Of a DNA stretch of 64,000 nucleotides, positions 30,424-51,833 are shown piece after piece (positions within the stretch are counted from its first letter, which is position 1; every line of letters begins with the position of its first letter). Position numbers and translations under genes: made by a program. Source of the stretch: Salpingoeca rosetta (Eukaryota; Protista; Choanoflagellata); contig JAWQFM010000005.1 in assembly GCA_033442325.1 (NCBI GenBank), forward strand, positions 1,985,665 through 2,049,664. Reading direction: 5' to 3'. The notes beneath the pieces are model-generated. The model saw only the letters and a list, made by a program, of their open reading frames with translations. It was not told where the DNA came from and ran no database searches.

Positions 30424-32280
30424 TCATATTGCAAGTGCCGTGAGTTGCCGAACAACACCATCACCAACACCATCACCATCACCGCTATTGGCGCCATTGT
30501 GATGCTGTCCCATCATCTCTCTTTTCCGCTGCTGTGCTCGTGCAAGCGCTTTCATCTGCTTCTTCTCCTGCCGCCGCTCCCGCTTCGACTTGGCCGTCAG
30601 CGCGACCCCAGCCGAAGGTGGTGCTGTTGTCGTGGTCGCTGTTGTTGATGCTGTGACTTCTGCGCCGTGGCGCTTCGTGCTGCTGCCGCTGCTGCTGTTG
30701 GTGCCTTTGTTGTTGCTGTAGCTGCTGTGTTTTGGTGGAGTGTGGTGCTGCGAGTTCTCATCTGATTTCGTGTTCGCTGCTGTATTGATCTCCATCTTAT
30801 TTCCCGCCTTCACCTCATCGCCACCACCATCATCGCCACCAGTCCCTCGCTCCTGTGGCTGGCTCTTCTTCTTCTTCTTCTTCTCCCTCTCCTTCTCCTT
30901 CTTCTTGTTCGATAATGCCTCGGGCGCTGGCTCCTTTGATGCCGCGTTGCTGGAGGAGAAGGACGCGCCCGTCTGCCAATCGCACGTTCACACATGCATG
31001 CACGTGTGCACATCAAAGGTGAGTGTCGGTGTCTTGGGAAAGCACGCGTACACATTACACCACACAGCACAGCACAGCGCAGCACAGCACACCTGCTTGA
31101 TGTGTATTTGGGCCACGTCTCCGGAGCTTGGCGATCGCACGGAGGAGTCTATGCGCGATGCAGCAAGGCGGATAAACGAGCACAGGAAGGTGTGAGATGG
31201 TGAAGGGGTGCGCAGCTCCAACACACGCAATGGACCTCTTCAAGCAAGAATGTCACCAACAACTCTCTTCCTGTACGCACGCGCATGCACACACATACAG
31301 TGCTCGTAGCTGTGATAGGCGAGGTGGATTTGCTTCTTGGCGGCCTTTCCATCCTCATTCGCTCGTATGACCCACACGGGCTGATCGTGCTGATGCACAG
31401 CGATATCTGTGTCAGACAAGCGGGAGTATGCTACAAGACAATCGTTGCCTCCAAACTCGCCCGGCTTTCTCAGCGTGTCGACTGCACGTGAAAACAAAAC
31501 CGAGGACAGGTGCGAATAAGAAACGGATGTGGCTAGATGCATGGCATGGTTGATGGGTCTAACTCCACCCAAGCTTTCACGCAAAATGCACACAACTCGT
31601 TTGCACACACAATTGCACATGTACGCACGCAAAGGTAAACACAAACACACACATACACAGACAACTGCACATACGCGCACGTGAAGACAAGCACACACAC
31701 ACAAATACACACACACACACACACACAAACACAAACACAAACACAAACACAAAGAAACACACACACAAAGAAACACACACACAAAGAAACACAAACACAC
31801 ACACACACACATGTCATCAGGACTACATGCGAAGCACTCACTGTAGGATTCGAAGGTCTGGTCGTCTGCGACAAATGGTGCAAAGTATTCCTTGCTACGA
31901 AGCATGTAGTCTGTGACATCGCGGCGGATGTCGCGGTGATGCTTTTCCGTGTTGTAGAGCTGGTCTGAGATGGCCCGGAACATGCAGTTGCCATCACCCA
32001 CCACCTCCCGCAACACAAACCCTTGCCCGTGCAGCTGGTGCGCCAGCTTCTTGTCTTCCTCCAACTCCCCCCAGTCACGCCGCTGCTCACGCGCATGCTT
32101 GCCCCCCTTGTTCTTGTGCTTGTGTCCCTGCCGCCTTCCTTCCCGCCGATGCTGCTGCCCTCCCCACCTGTCGTTCCCGTCATCATAACCATCATCAGCA
32201 CGCTGTCGCTGCTTTGCGCTGTTGTCCTCCTTCTTCGCCTTCTTGCCCTTCGCCTTCTTGCCCTTCGCCTTCTTACCCAT
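30424..32280 (-). CDS. OTUD3: OTU-domain deubiquitinase, OTUD3-like
   Basis: Exons 32280-31842, 31481-31299, 31148-31093, 30972-30424. Catalytic [26 protein letters not shown], and HLAYHSYEH|YSSVR. Basic C-terminus ending VRQLTALAI resembles the OTUD3 terminus. Confidence 0.88.
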
Positions 32281-32665
32281 CTTTGCCTGTCGCCTGTCGC
32301 TGTTTATGCTGAGTCAGCATGAGCTGAGTCATTCGGCCAGCCACCACAAATACACACACAACGAAACGATCAGCCAACCAACCAACCAACGCACCCAACA
32401 AGACGAGCAATAGCAGCAAGAAGCAAGCAAGGCCACACAGGGAGCACACGCACAGATCACACACACAAACATACAGTGGAAGTACCCCACGAGCGAGGCT
32501 GACAGAGCGTGTGAGACTCGGCGGCAGCGGTGGTGGCGGTGGGGTGTGAATTGCGGTGGGGTTTGTGTGTGACGATTTCCTGCTGTTTCTGTGAAGAAGA
32601 CAAAGGTCGCGGCCAGGCAAGACAAGACGTGCGTGCGCGCCGGACACACCAAACCGGAAGAAAGG

Positions 32666-32927
32666 ATGGGAGATACGATGGAGCTGCGGGAACCTCTGCT
32701 GTCGGCCAATCAAGGCTATAACCACCATGCAGATGGTGGTGCAGATGGTGGCAGCACCCACGGCGTGCATGCGCAGGACAGAAACCCGGACCTGCAGCAC
32801 GACTATCACATGCCTCCACGGCACGAGGACTCGGAACCACAGTCTCCAAGGGATGGACGTAAGAGAGCTGCGCTCTTGCAATAAGTCGTGTGTCTGCTTG
32901 TATGTGCGTCTGTGTGCGTCTGTGTGT

Positions 32928-32988
<61 letters not shown>

Positions 32989-33466
32989 TGGGTGTGGGTG
33001 TGTGTGTGTGTGGGTGGGTGTGGGTGGGTGTGGGTGTGTGCGTCTGTGTGGGTGTGGGTGTGTGTGTGTGTGTGTGTGGCTATCTGTTTCTGTCTGTCTA
33101 TCTGTCTGTATCTGCGTGTGCTCTTGGTCCCTTTCGTTTGGATGGATCATGAGTGCTGCGTGTGGTACGTGCGCACACTCCTTTCTCCGCTTCCCTTGAC
33201 GCCCGTCATTCCTTGTACCCTTGTTCCTCGTGCAATCACGCCCGGTGTCACGTGCGTCTGGCGCTGCAGACAACAGTCGGGTGTTCAGGAACGTTGGCGG
33301 CATGGACGAGTTCTTCTCTCGGTTTTACTACTACTTCCGGTACCGCGGCTGGCTCAACATCCTCCTCACGCTCATCTTCGACATGATGTGCGTGCACCTT
33401 TCCAATGCACGCTTGCGTGTGTGTGTGTGTGTGTGTCTGTGTCTGTTTGTGTGCGTGGGGGTGGGG

Positions 33467-33505
<39 letters not shown>

Positions 33506-33816
33506 TGTGTGTCTGTCTGTAAGTGTCTGTGTGTCTGTCTGTGTGTGTGTGTGCGTTGGGGTGGGGCTCTGTGTGTGTGAACCTGTGCATCATTGCACTT
33601 GTGTCATCTCCGTGTGTGTGGCTGTGTCAGATGCACTGTGTGCCAAAGATACACTCACATCTGGGCGCTGTTTGACACGCTGGATACAGCAAAGTGTTGG
33701 TGCTCTTCCTGCTGATACTCTTTGTCACTTTGTGCGTGGACTTTCACGCACTGCGACGTATGCTGGCCGCCGATGAAATGGTGCGCGCGCGCGTGCGCGT
33801 GCGTGTGCGTGTGCGT

Positions 33817-33914
<98 letters not shown>

Positions 33915-34256
33915 ATACACTTGCTCAAACATGTGCACAATCGGCGCCTTTGGTGCGTGGGGACACTGGTGACGTTGACAGTAAGCAAGCAAGTGTGCGC
34001 ACCGCACCGACCTCCTCCATCTTTGGCACAGACTGCAAAGGGAACACCCCCATCCACTTTGATCGCCTCCAACAGTGCGTGCTCCATGCTTGTTGCATGT
34101 ACAGGCGTATTCTTGCTTCACGTGCATTGCTGTCATCTGTAAACACGCGTACATATGCGTGTGTGTAATTGTGTCTGTGTTTCATTCGTTCTTGCAATCT
34201 TGTACTTCATGAGCAACTCGCTCATTCACACACACACATGTTCACACACACACATG

Positions 34257-34290
<34 letters not shown>

Positions 34291-36072
34291 TGCACCTGTG
34301 CATACACGCATATCCCCTACCTCTTCCCAACTGCCAGCCCGAGTACGAGCGTGGTTGGCGTCCTTGTCGTGTTCTGCCTCATGTGGACGTTCTTCCTCGT
34401 CCTGCGCCTTCGTCGACTCCGCGGTCTCGTCCAGATGAAGGTGCTTTGTCTCACACAACAGCTGTGTGTGTCTGTGTCTGCACGTGTGTCTGTCTATGTC
34501 TGTGTGTGTGTGTGAGTGGGTGTCGATTAGGCGAGTATGCAAACGTGTACACATCGCATGTACATCCATTGCCACGTGCTTTTGTGCGACATTTCGTGGG
34601 TCTGGTGTATCCCGCATCCCCTCACAACCACATCACCATCACCACCATTGTGCACGCATTAGGACTTTTACGAAAATGTGCTGCAAGTGGAGAGCGCTGA
34701 ACTTCAGACCATTTCAGTGCGTGAAACAAAATATCTTGTGTTTGTGGCATGCGTGCGCCAGCCATCGCCGGCACATCACCCAGCATTCACACTCACTCAT
34801 ACACCCGCTCATACACATGTGCACCTACATTTACATACATTCACATGTACATCCCCATACATTGTCACCCATGCACTCTCTCGCACATATGCACATTCAT
34901 ACACACACACACAATCTCTCACACAGTGGAGCGACTTGGAAGACAAGCTCATCGCTGCATTTCAGGAGCACAAGTTTGACTTCAAGAAGCACACGTATGT
35001 GCGTGTATGTGTGTGTGTATGTGTTTGACCTCGAGCTTCCTCTGTGCGTGTTCTCCTTGCGTGAACATGATATTCACCCTTCTTCACTCACACGCACACG
35101 CACACACGCACACACACATGCGCGCCTCCTGTATGGCTGATGCCGCATAGGGATGTGCTTGATGGGTGGATTGTCAAGTCGGTCATCATGCGCAAGACAA
35201 ACGGCCTGACTCGGCTGTATTCCAGCGTCCTCCCAACAGCGCTCTCGCTCCCTTCGTTCCCTCTTCCGTTTGCAAAGCACAGCAGCACAGGTGCGTCGCC
35301 GGGTCTGTCGCTTGTGCTGACTGCTGCTCTGTTGCAGTACATCTCTTGTGTCTGTGTGTGTGTGTGTGTGCCTGTGTCTGTCTGTGTCTGTCTGTGTGTG
35401 TGTTTATGTTTTCTGCGCGAACTTGTTGCTTCTTTTAACCTTGACGTCGGCAGACAAACACTCACACTCACACACTCTCTCACACTCACTCACGCACTCA
35501 CTCACTCACACACTCACTCACACACTCTCTCTCACACTCACTCACACGCGTGCGCGAACAGACACGAAAGTGAAGTACCTGCCGCGTATCCTGCACGAGA
35601 CCCTGTCGCGTCTGATTGACTCGACGGTCTTCACATCACATAACGGTGTTGTCCGCCTGCACAAGCAGGTCAGCCACCGCACATATACGCATGCACACGC
35701 GCATACATGTATACACACGCACACATGCATGTGCACTGCATGCACACTGCATGCACGTACGAGAGCTTGCTTAACAAGTGCGCAGCCCCTGTAGCAACAC
35801 AAAATTGTACTCATACCTCGTTTCACGCTCAAACGTCTGTGTGTGTGTGTGTGTGTGTGTTGCTGCTGGCGCAGGTGTCACCGGATGAGTATGAGGTTCT
35901 GGCGCGTCATCTGCAGCTCTGGATGCGGGTATGTCGTGCTCGCTGTCAACGCGTGCATGTTTATCTTTGCACAAGTCGCCGCCACCGCCGCCGCTGCCGT
36001 TGTTGCGGTGACAAGCTGCTTTCGCCGGCTGTTGAGGCCTTGCATGTGGACATGCGCTCACGCCACGCATTG

Positions 36073-36147
<75 letters not shown>

Positions 36148-36303
36148 CAGGTGCTTGGTGTCGTCATGCTGCTGTTTGCGCCATTCGTACTTCTGTACAA
36201 CGCCGCGGAATTCTGCTTCACGTATTCAGGTATGTGTGCGCGCGCGCGCGTGTGTGTGTGTGTGTGTGCGTGTGCGTGCGTGCGTATGTGTGTGTGTGCG
36301 TGC

Positions 36304-36350
<47 letters not shown>

Positions 36351-36510
36351 AGTAAGCGTCATTGAGGGTCGTATGTGCCAATCATTGCCGGCCGGGGTGC
36401 TACCAAGCGTGTTTTGCACAAACACATTACCTGCTTCGTTTTCCAATCCAACCACACAAATATATGCGTACGATCGCCCGCGCATTACATATGCTCTCAC
36501 AATGCACACA

Positions 36511-36545
<35 letters not shown>

Positions 36546-38407
36546 CTGCCTCTCCCAAGATTTGCTGCGCAATTCACCTGGCACATTTGCTGCGCGCCAG
36601 TGGACGCATTACGCGACGTGGTATTTCCGATGCGACAATGAGCTCGAACACTACTGCAAGCGAAGGTATGGGTGCCCATACACGTGTTTATGCGTGTGTG
36701 TGTGTGTGTTGTGTGTGTGTGTGTTGTGTGCGTGTGTGTGTGTTGTGTGCGTGTGGTGTTTGTGCTTGTGCATGCGCGTGTGTGCGTGTATGGTCTGGAC
36801 TGTGTTGTCGATTTGTCGGCAAGGTCGGGCCATTAATGAGGCACGGGCTCATGTGTCTTGGGCATGCATCATGGTTGTGGCAGGTTGCATGATGCTTACA
36901 AGCCAACAAAGTCATACCTGGATAGTTTCGCTTCGTTCACCCTCGCTACCATCTCAAGGTACACATGTGTCCGTCCCGTCGTGTGCATCTGTGCCTGTGT
37001 GTGATGGAGTGAAACAAACAGAGGCGCATATGCTTTGTGCATTCATGCAGCTGTCTCTGCAAACAACTCCTAGCCTTGCCTCTCTACCTCCTTCACGCAT
37101 ACACTTACACACACACATTTACACACACATTTACACTTGCGAACTTGCGACCGTGGCAACGGCCAGGTTTCTGCAGTTCGCTGCGGGGGCGCTGTTTGCC
37201 ACGCTGTTCTTCCTTGCGCTGTACTACGACGAAGGATTCCTGCAGCTGGAGCTCATTCGCGACAGATCCGTGGCGTGGGTCATGACCATTCTCGGTGCGC
37301 CCTCTTGCAAGCCGTCCATGCACTGTGCTTGCATGCTGTGTTTGCGTGTGTTGGTGGTGATGCTACTGCTGGTGCTGCTGCTACTGCTGCTCGTTCTGGT
37401 GCCGCTGGTGCTGCTGTTGCTGGCTGTTACCCCTCCCTAACATCTTCCTCACCCCCCCCCAAAAAAAAACACACACACATACATACATACACATACACAT
37501 ACACTTGCCTTTGCCTACGCGCTGCAGCGGTTGCGATGGGGATACTCCGTGGTCTCGCCTCCGAAGCAGTTGAGGTTCAAAGCCCGCAGGCAAAGTGGGA
37601 AGAAGGTGAGACGCACACTTTTTGACGCGCATGCGCATGTGAATGTGTTAGTGCGTGAGTGTCTGCGCATGTATTCTTGGGCCTGCTCCCTTCACTCCCG
37701 TTCTCATAACATCCACACACACATACACATACACACGCGTGTGCGTGTGCGTGACTTGCCCTTCAGCAAAACGCGAGCTTGTCATGTTTGAGAAGGAGTG
37801 GAATGACAACCCGACGCATCCCAACACTTTCAAGGCTGTTGGCAACCTCTTTGACCTCTGGGCGGTATGTTGCCTGACACATGCGCATGCTCGTGCGTGC
37901 ATCGTGGCGACAGTACTCCAGCCCTCGTTGTGACATAAACAACACCCTGCGTGTATGTGTGTGTGTATGTTCTACGTGTGCGTAGCATGGACACAAACGC
38001 AGTTGCTCACAGGTGTGTGGTCTCTATTGTCGACACAATGTGACTGTGCTACCAGATGGTTGTCTTGGGCGAGCTCCTTGGAATCATCCTCGCACCCCTG
38101 CTGCTCCTGTTCCGTCTTCCCGCACACGCCCCCAACATTGTGCGCTTCTACGCCGAAAACTTTATTGAAGTCGAAGGTCTGTCGGTGTGTGTGTGTGTGT
38201 GCGTGTGTGTGCGCATGCGTATAATGTCTGTGCCCTGCATAAGGTCTGTGTGTCTGTCGTGTCGGTCTTGCCTGTCTTGCCTGTCTTGCCTGTCTGCTTG
38301 CCTGCTTGTTTGTCCACGTGTGATCGTTTGTTGAGGTGCCAATCTATGTTGCTTTCGCGTCACGAACCATGGGCTGCTTCTGCCATTCCCGCCCGCATTG
38401 TGCACTC

Positions 38408-38470
<63 letters not shown>

Positions 38471-39268
38471 CACCATGCAACCGCAGGCCTCGGCTGCCAT
38501 GAACGGCACGTGATTCGGCGTAGTCAGACGATGATGGATCGAGCAATCATGTGAGTTCATGAGGAGTACATTGTGCCGCCGCATGTCATGCAATGGCGAC
38601 ATACAGTCACTCAAGCCCCACTCGCACCATGTTCTTGCCTGCTCACGTCTGCTCTCCCTCTGTCACGCCACATCCCAACAAACATGTACACGCTCATACC
38701 AAATCGACTTGTCCCTCACGCTCACTTGTGCACGTGCTCACGCCCACGCCCACCCTCTCGCACGACAAAACACAACCACAACCACCACAGCGAGAGCAAG
38801 CGGGCGGTGTCTGAGGAAGGGGAGCGGGGCTACGGTTTGGTTGGATCACAGATGCGCCCGCTGCCTGCGTCTGGGTCGGTGGTGGACAGCAGCAGCCACG
38901 GCGGTGGTGGTGAATCCCTCGCACAGAGCATTGCAGACATGCCACCCGACGACCGCAGCATCTTCAGCGAACGCCGGCTCCTGGTACTGATGGCTGCACT
39001 GTCACCACCACGCACATGCTCATGCACACGCACAAGCACACAAGCACACGCGTACATGCACACGCACACGCATGTTCTTTCCATGTGATACTTGCGGAAC
39101 CACACTCTACACACTACCTCCCACTCACTACCTTCTACTCACACCTCGCTCACCTCGCTCCTGCTTTCCTCCTCGTTCTTGTTCACCTTCTGCTTCTCTT
39201 CCGTTTCACAGCACGTTCGCCAACTCGAATCTGTCTCTCGTGTGCTGCCACGCCCATCCGATATCTAA
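32666..39268 (+). CDS. ATG9: Autophagy protein ATG9-like lipid scramblase (divergent)
   Basis: [22 protein letters not shown]; [39 protein letters not shown]; [36 protein letters not shown]. These match recalled ATG9 blocks. The 3' exons (last one 39212-39268) are less certain. Confidence 0.82.
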
Positions 39269-39289
39269 CGGCGCGTCTCCGCAAACAAT

Positions 39290-39368
<79 letters not shown>

Positions 39369-40046
39369 TGTTGGCTGTGCAACCAGTTCTCTCTTCATCT
39401 CTCCCTCTTCACCCGTGTCGTCTGCACATCCATCTATCCATCCACGCTACCTTTAGTCACATTACATCTCATAAATGCTTGTTTACCTTACCGATGTTCT
39501 GCCCTTTGTTGCTTTCACCAGTTGTGAATGCGTTGTTAGTTGTATTGATTTCGAATATACCGCTCCTCCACAACATGCACCCATGATCAATATGTACATG
39601 TGCATGAATCAACAAACAAATGCATGTCGCGCAGCATGCACAACCAGAAAGCAAACAATGTCAATGATGATAACTTACACGCAAGCAGACTGTGGCACAT
39701 GCTTGTCTCCTTCGCGAGTGTGGGGCAGCTCGCAGTATCACTGTGGCACCACCCCCTCTGTCTCAAAGCACTTGTCAATACAATCACGCACACGCACACG
39801 CACACACACACACACACCACAACGAGTGGAACAGACAAAGCTTTGCTGATTAAAGGATAGCGCTGCACAACTGCAAAGCTCCCTCCCCCCCCCCCCCCCC
39901 ACACACACACACACGCACGCACGCACAAGCTTCGTCTCTTCTTCCCCTTCCTGGAGTCACTCAGATAACAAACACAACACATGCACAGGCCTGCCTTTCT
40001 GAAATGCTCTCTCTCGTTTCCTATCCCTGGAATGTGACGCCATCCA

Positions 40047-48097
<8,051 letters not shown>

Positions 48098-49136
48098 TTT
48101 AGCTTTGAAGCGGTTTCACGCGCAGGGGTGCTGCTCCGAGCGAACCCGACAGAAGAAAGAGATACCCGGTGCTGCGGTTGAGAGTGATGTCACATCAGAT
48201 ATGGTCACGAGGAAGGGTCGGGCGCACGCAGCACGAGCACAGGGATGAGAGACCGTCGGCAAGCAAGCGAGCGAGCAAGCAGCAAGAGCAAGCGTCGTGG
48301 CTTGGACAAGGCTGAGCGACCAAAGCGAAGGCCAGGCGAGTCAAGAACAACACATGACCAACAGAGAGTGCTAGCACGCAACTAGACCCCTCAGTGAGCC
48401 CATGCAGCAGCCGCAAACATACACCACGGAACAAAACTGTCGCTATGACCACGTTGTTGGTACAATCGATCTCATTACATTGCTCGCACAACCGTGATCC
48501 CACACCCTCGCACACACTTTCGCACCACACATGCACCGGTGCATCCATACGAGGGAAATAACGTGTGCCACGCCAACCACCACACACACTCTCTGGCTGA
48601 CCCGAGCAACGTACCACTCACGCCTTGGGACGAGTGAGCAGAAGGTGCTCGTGAATGTGCGGCAACTGGGCAACACCAACCACCAGTGCACAGTGGCCGT
48701 CTGAAACACACACGTTGCTGGCTTGGCGAGAGAAGGGCGATGTGAATATTTACTTTTTCTTCATCGACCGTTAATCTCGGTACGCACTCAGCCGCCCAAG
48801 CCTGACCCTCCTTTAACCGGTGGATATGTCGTTGAGATTTTCGATTGAAGAAGCCCATGACTTTTCTCATAGCGCTCGAGTTTCGGGGCAAAGGCTGAGG
48901 TTGTGTGGTATTTGCGCTTGCTTGCTTGGCCCTTCCACCACCCCCTTCCGCTTCCTGGTGCCAATTCCCTGACCTGATCCTGCACTGACAGCCGAGAGAG
49001 CGGACGGCAACAAGTAGGGGGTGTGCGGACGCCGCGAGAGCAGCCGCTGTTGTTCCACCCATCTCTCCTTCATCACCAAAGTTGATCCCCAACTTCCAGC
49101 CCCACGCTCACGCACGAGCCACACATCAACAGCAGC

Positions 49137-50297
49137 ATGCCCGCCACCATGCAGGCGGCGACTGTGATCGTGGCAGCGGTTGTTCTCCTGACGAGCATCC
49201 CGTGCAATGCCATGCGCGTGGCAGCGCAAGCGCCGCTCGAGGGGGCCTCGTCCTCCTCGACGTGGTCTTCGTCGTCATCCACGTCAAGCCTGCCATACAC
49301 GTCAAGCAGTGAGGCCTCAAGTTCGACCTCCTCCCTGGCGTTCACGTCGACTGTTCCAGACACGACATCGCTGCTTGATACCACGACATGGCAAGACACG
49401 ACAAGTACCACAACCACGATAGCCGCGACAACCACGACGACCACCACAGCCGCTGAGCCACGCACGGCCGTTGCAGCACACGACGTCAGCAGGTGGCCAA
49501 CCCCTACTGGGGAGGAGTGCTTCTGCACCCCTTCTGGCGGGCCAGTGTGTGGCGTCAACGGCCAGCCCTTTGAGAACGCGTGTATTCCTTCCTGCGCGCG
49601 CATCCCCTTCTTCGCCGTGCCTTGTGATCAAGCCCGCTTGGCACAGCTGACGAGCTCAACAACAACCACCATGACGGAGCTCGCTTCAACAACGGCAAAG
49701 GATACTGGCATGTTCTCCACGGGCCTGGCCATGGTTCTGTCGTGGTTCTCTGTCACAAGCAGCAGCAGCGTCGTGCTGCAATTCACCACGGACGTGGATG
49801 TGAGCACCATTGACGTGAACCGCATCTACTTCTACAGCTCAGAGGACCCCAGCACGATGCTCCAGCTCGAGGCCGAGACGCAGGCAATGCTGCCAACGGA
49901 TGAGGGTCACTGGGTCCAGCTTGCCGTGAGCGCTTCATCGTGGGCTGACCTTGTTGAGCTGGCTGCCACGCACGTGTTGCTGCTCGCTGGTGCTGTGCAT
50001 GCCGTCGACGGTGCGCCGTGTCCCCAGATGGTGGCTGGCCGCATCTCTGCGCCGTCTTTCGCGGAGGGCAACGAGCCCGTGGCCGATACCACCGCTGCGC
50101 CCACATCCAACACGGCGGGCATTGGCCAGACATCGACCACGGTTCTCGTCGGTACGTGGATGGAAGGTGCTGAGCGCCATAGCAAATGGTTGACTTGATT
50201 GTCACGCTTGGCGCTTATACTCTGAGCGCGTTCGTGTGCATGTGTGTGTGTGTGTGCATGCGTGCGTGCGTGTTGTGTGTGTGTGTGTGTGTGTGTG

Positions 50298-50341
<44 letters not shown>

Positions 50342-50923
50342 AATCCACCCTTCTTTGCCGGTTGGTCCTCGTGGGTGACTTGCTTGACAACAAGCAACCC
50401 CTTCCCCTCCCCTCATCAGCCCCTGTCCTTGCCTTGGTTTTAACCATCTCAACCTGAACTCCTCCGCGACATCAAGCAGCATGCATCTCACATCTCACCA
50501 ACCTGTGTCCCGCACGGTCATATTCTCAACTTGCTGGCAGGTGTTGTGCTGGCAGTATGCCTGGTGCTTGTGGCCATCTCAGCGCTGATGTACGCGAAGC
50601 AGAAGCGCATGAGTGATTACAAGCCTCACCTGCTTGATCTTTCGGAGACTGCGAGCTCCTTTGTGCCGAGTCCGGTGCCCAGGCGCAAGAAGGATGCCGA
50701 GTCTGGGCTGGAGTGGGACAACCTGCTGCGCTTCAACAACGGCTTGCCAGCCCACCACCCTTCATGGTACTCCGAGGGCCTGTCGACTGGCTCCAGCGTC
50801 TACGTGGACGATGACCTCTTGGCTCCGCAGGCAGCGGGCGCTCAGTACGAGGAGGAGCATGCGCATGAGGTGGACGCCGCCAGCTACCGCTCGTCTGTGA
50901 CTGCCAGCGTCCTTTTCTCGTAA
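49137..50923 (+). CDS. Type I membrane protein with S/T-rich region and a Kazal-like domain
   Basis: Exons 49137-50151 and 50541-50923. Signal peptide; CFCTPSGGPVCGVNGQPFENACIPSC..C (Kazal PVCGxxGxxxxNxC pattern); TM GVVLAVCLVLVAISALMY followed by AKQKR; tail with several Tyr. Confidence 0.8.
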
Positions 50924-51833
50924 TAGACCTGCCATCGTCACGCGTGCGGCCTGTGTGGCGCATTGGGCGTGTGTGGCTCTGTGTCAGTGCGTGGTTGCAT
51001 GTGTGTGTTTGTGAGTCTGTGCCAGCGTGTGGTTGTGTGTGTGTGTGGTGTAATATGGTTGCTTTCTGCATGAGGATGGATGCATGCGTGCATGTGCTTC
51101 TCATGTATCATTCATCATGTGGTTGGGGAGAGTGCATGCGACGAGCTCGTGTAACACGGGCGTTTTGTGGCGCGGTTGCGCTGCCCGTGTGGAGTGCATC
51201 GCATAACTGAAGCATGACGATGATGGTGCATGGGCTTGGTCTGCTTTGTTGTGGTTCTTGAGCGCCGGCAAAGCGCGACACTGATTGTTGTTGTTGTTGT
51301 GTGTTGTGGATCTGCTTTGTTGTTCATCGTTTGTTGGGCTAATGATGGTGTGCGTTGCCACGCGCCATGGACATGGACTCATCCCTCCTCACTTCAATAC
51401 TTGCTTCTTTGTTCCCGTATTGTGTTGCTTGTCACACGTCTCATGATAACTTAAAACTTGGTTCGCTTCACTCCACAGAGGCAGGTCATGGAATGACAGC
51501 GTACTGGGGGAGCATGGTGTTTAAATGACGTGAGATTACACAATCGAGGGCGTTTGTGAAACATGCACAAACACACACACGCACACATTCGTACACGCGT
51601 GTGCTACGAGCATGCACACACACGCACACACACACACAGAGCATACATGCACATGCAGATAGACAAGTTGTCACATGCGTTCACATAGGAAGGTGGCTCG
51701 TGATTTGCACAGCAACGCAAGGTTAGCAACCTAGGTGTAAATGAATACAGACAGAGGTGGACTTGTTAATGCCAAGTCCGGGGAAAACAGAACAAAGCAC
51801 AGGTGTCTGAAAAGCGCACACTTCGTTATGGAA

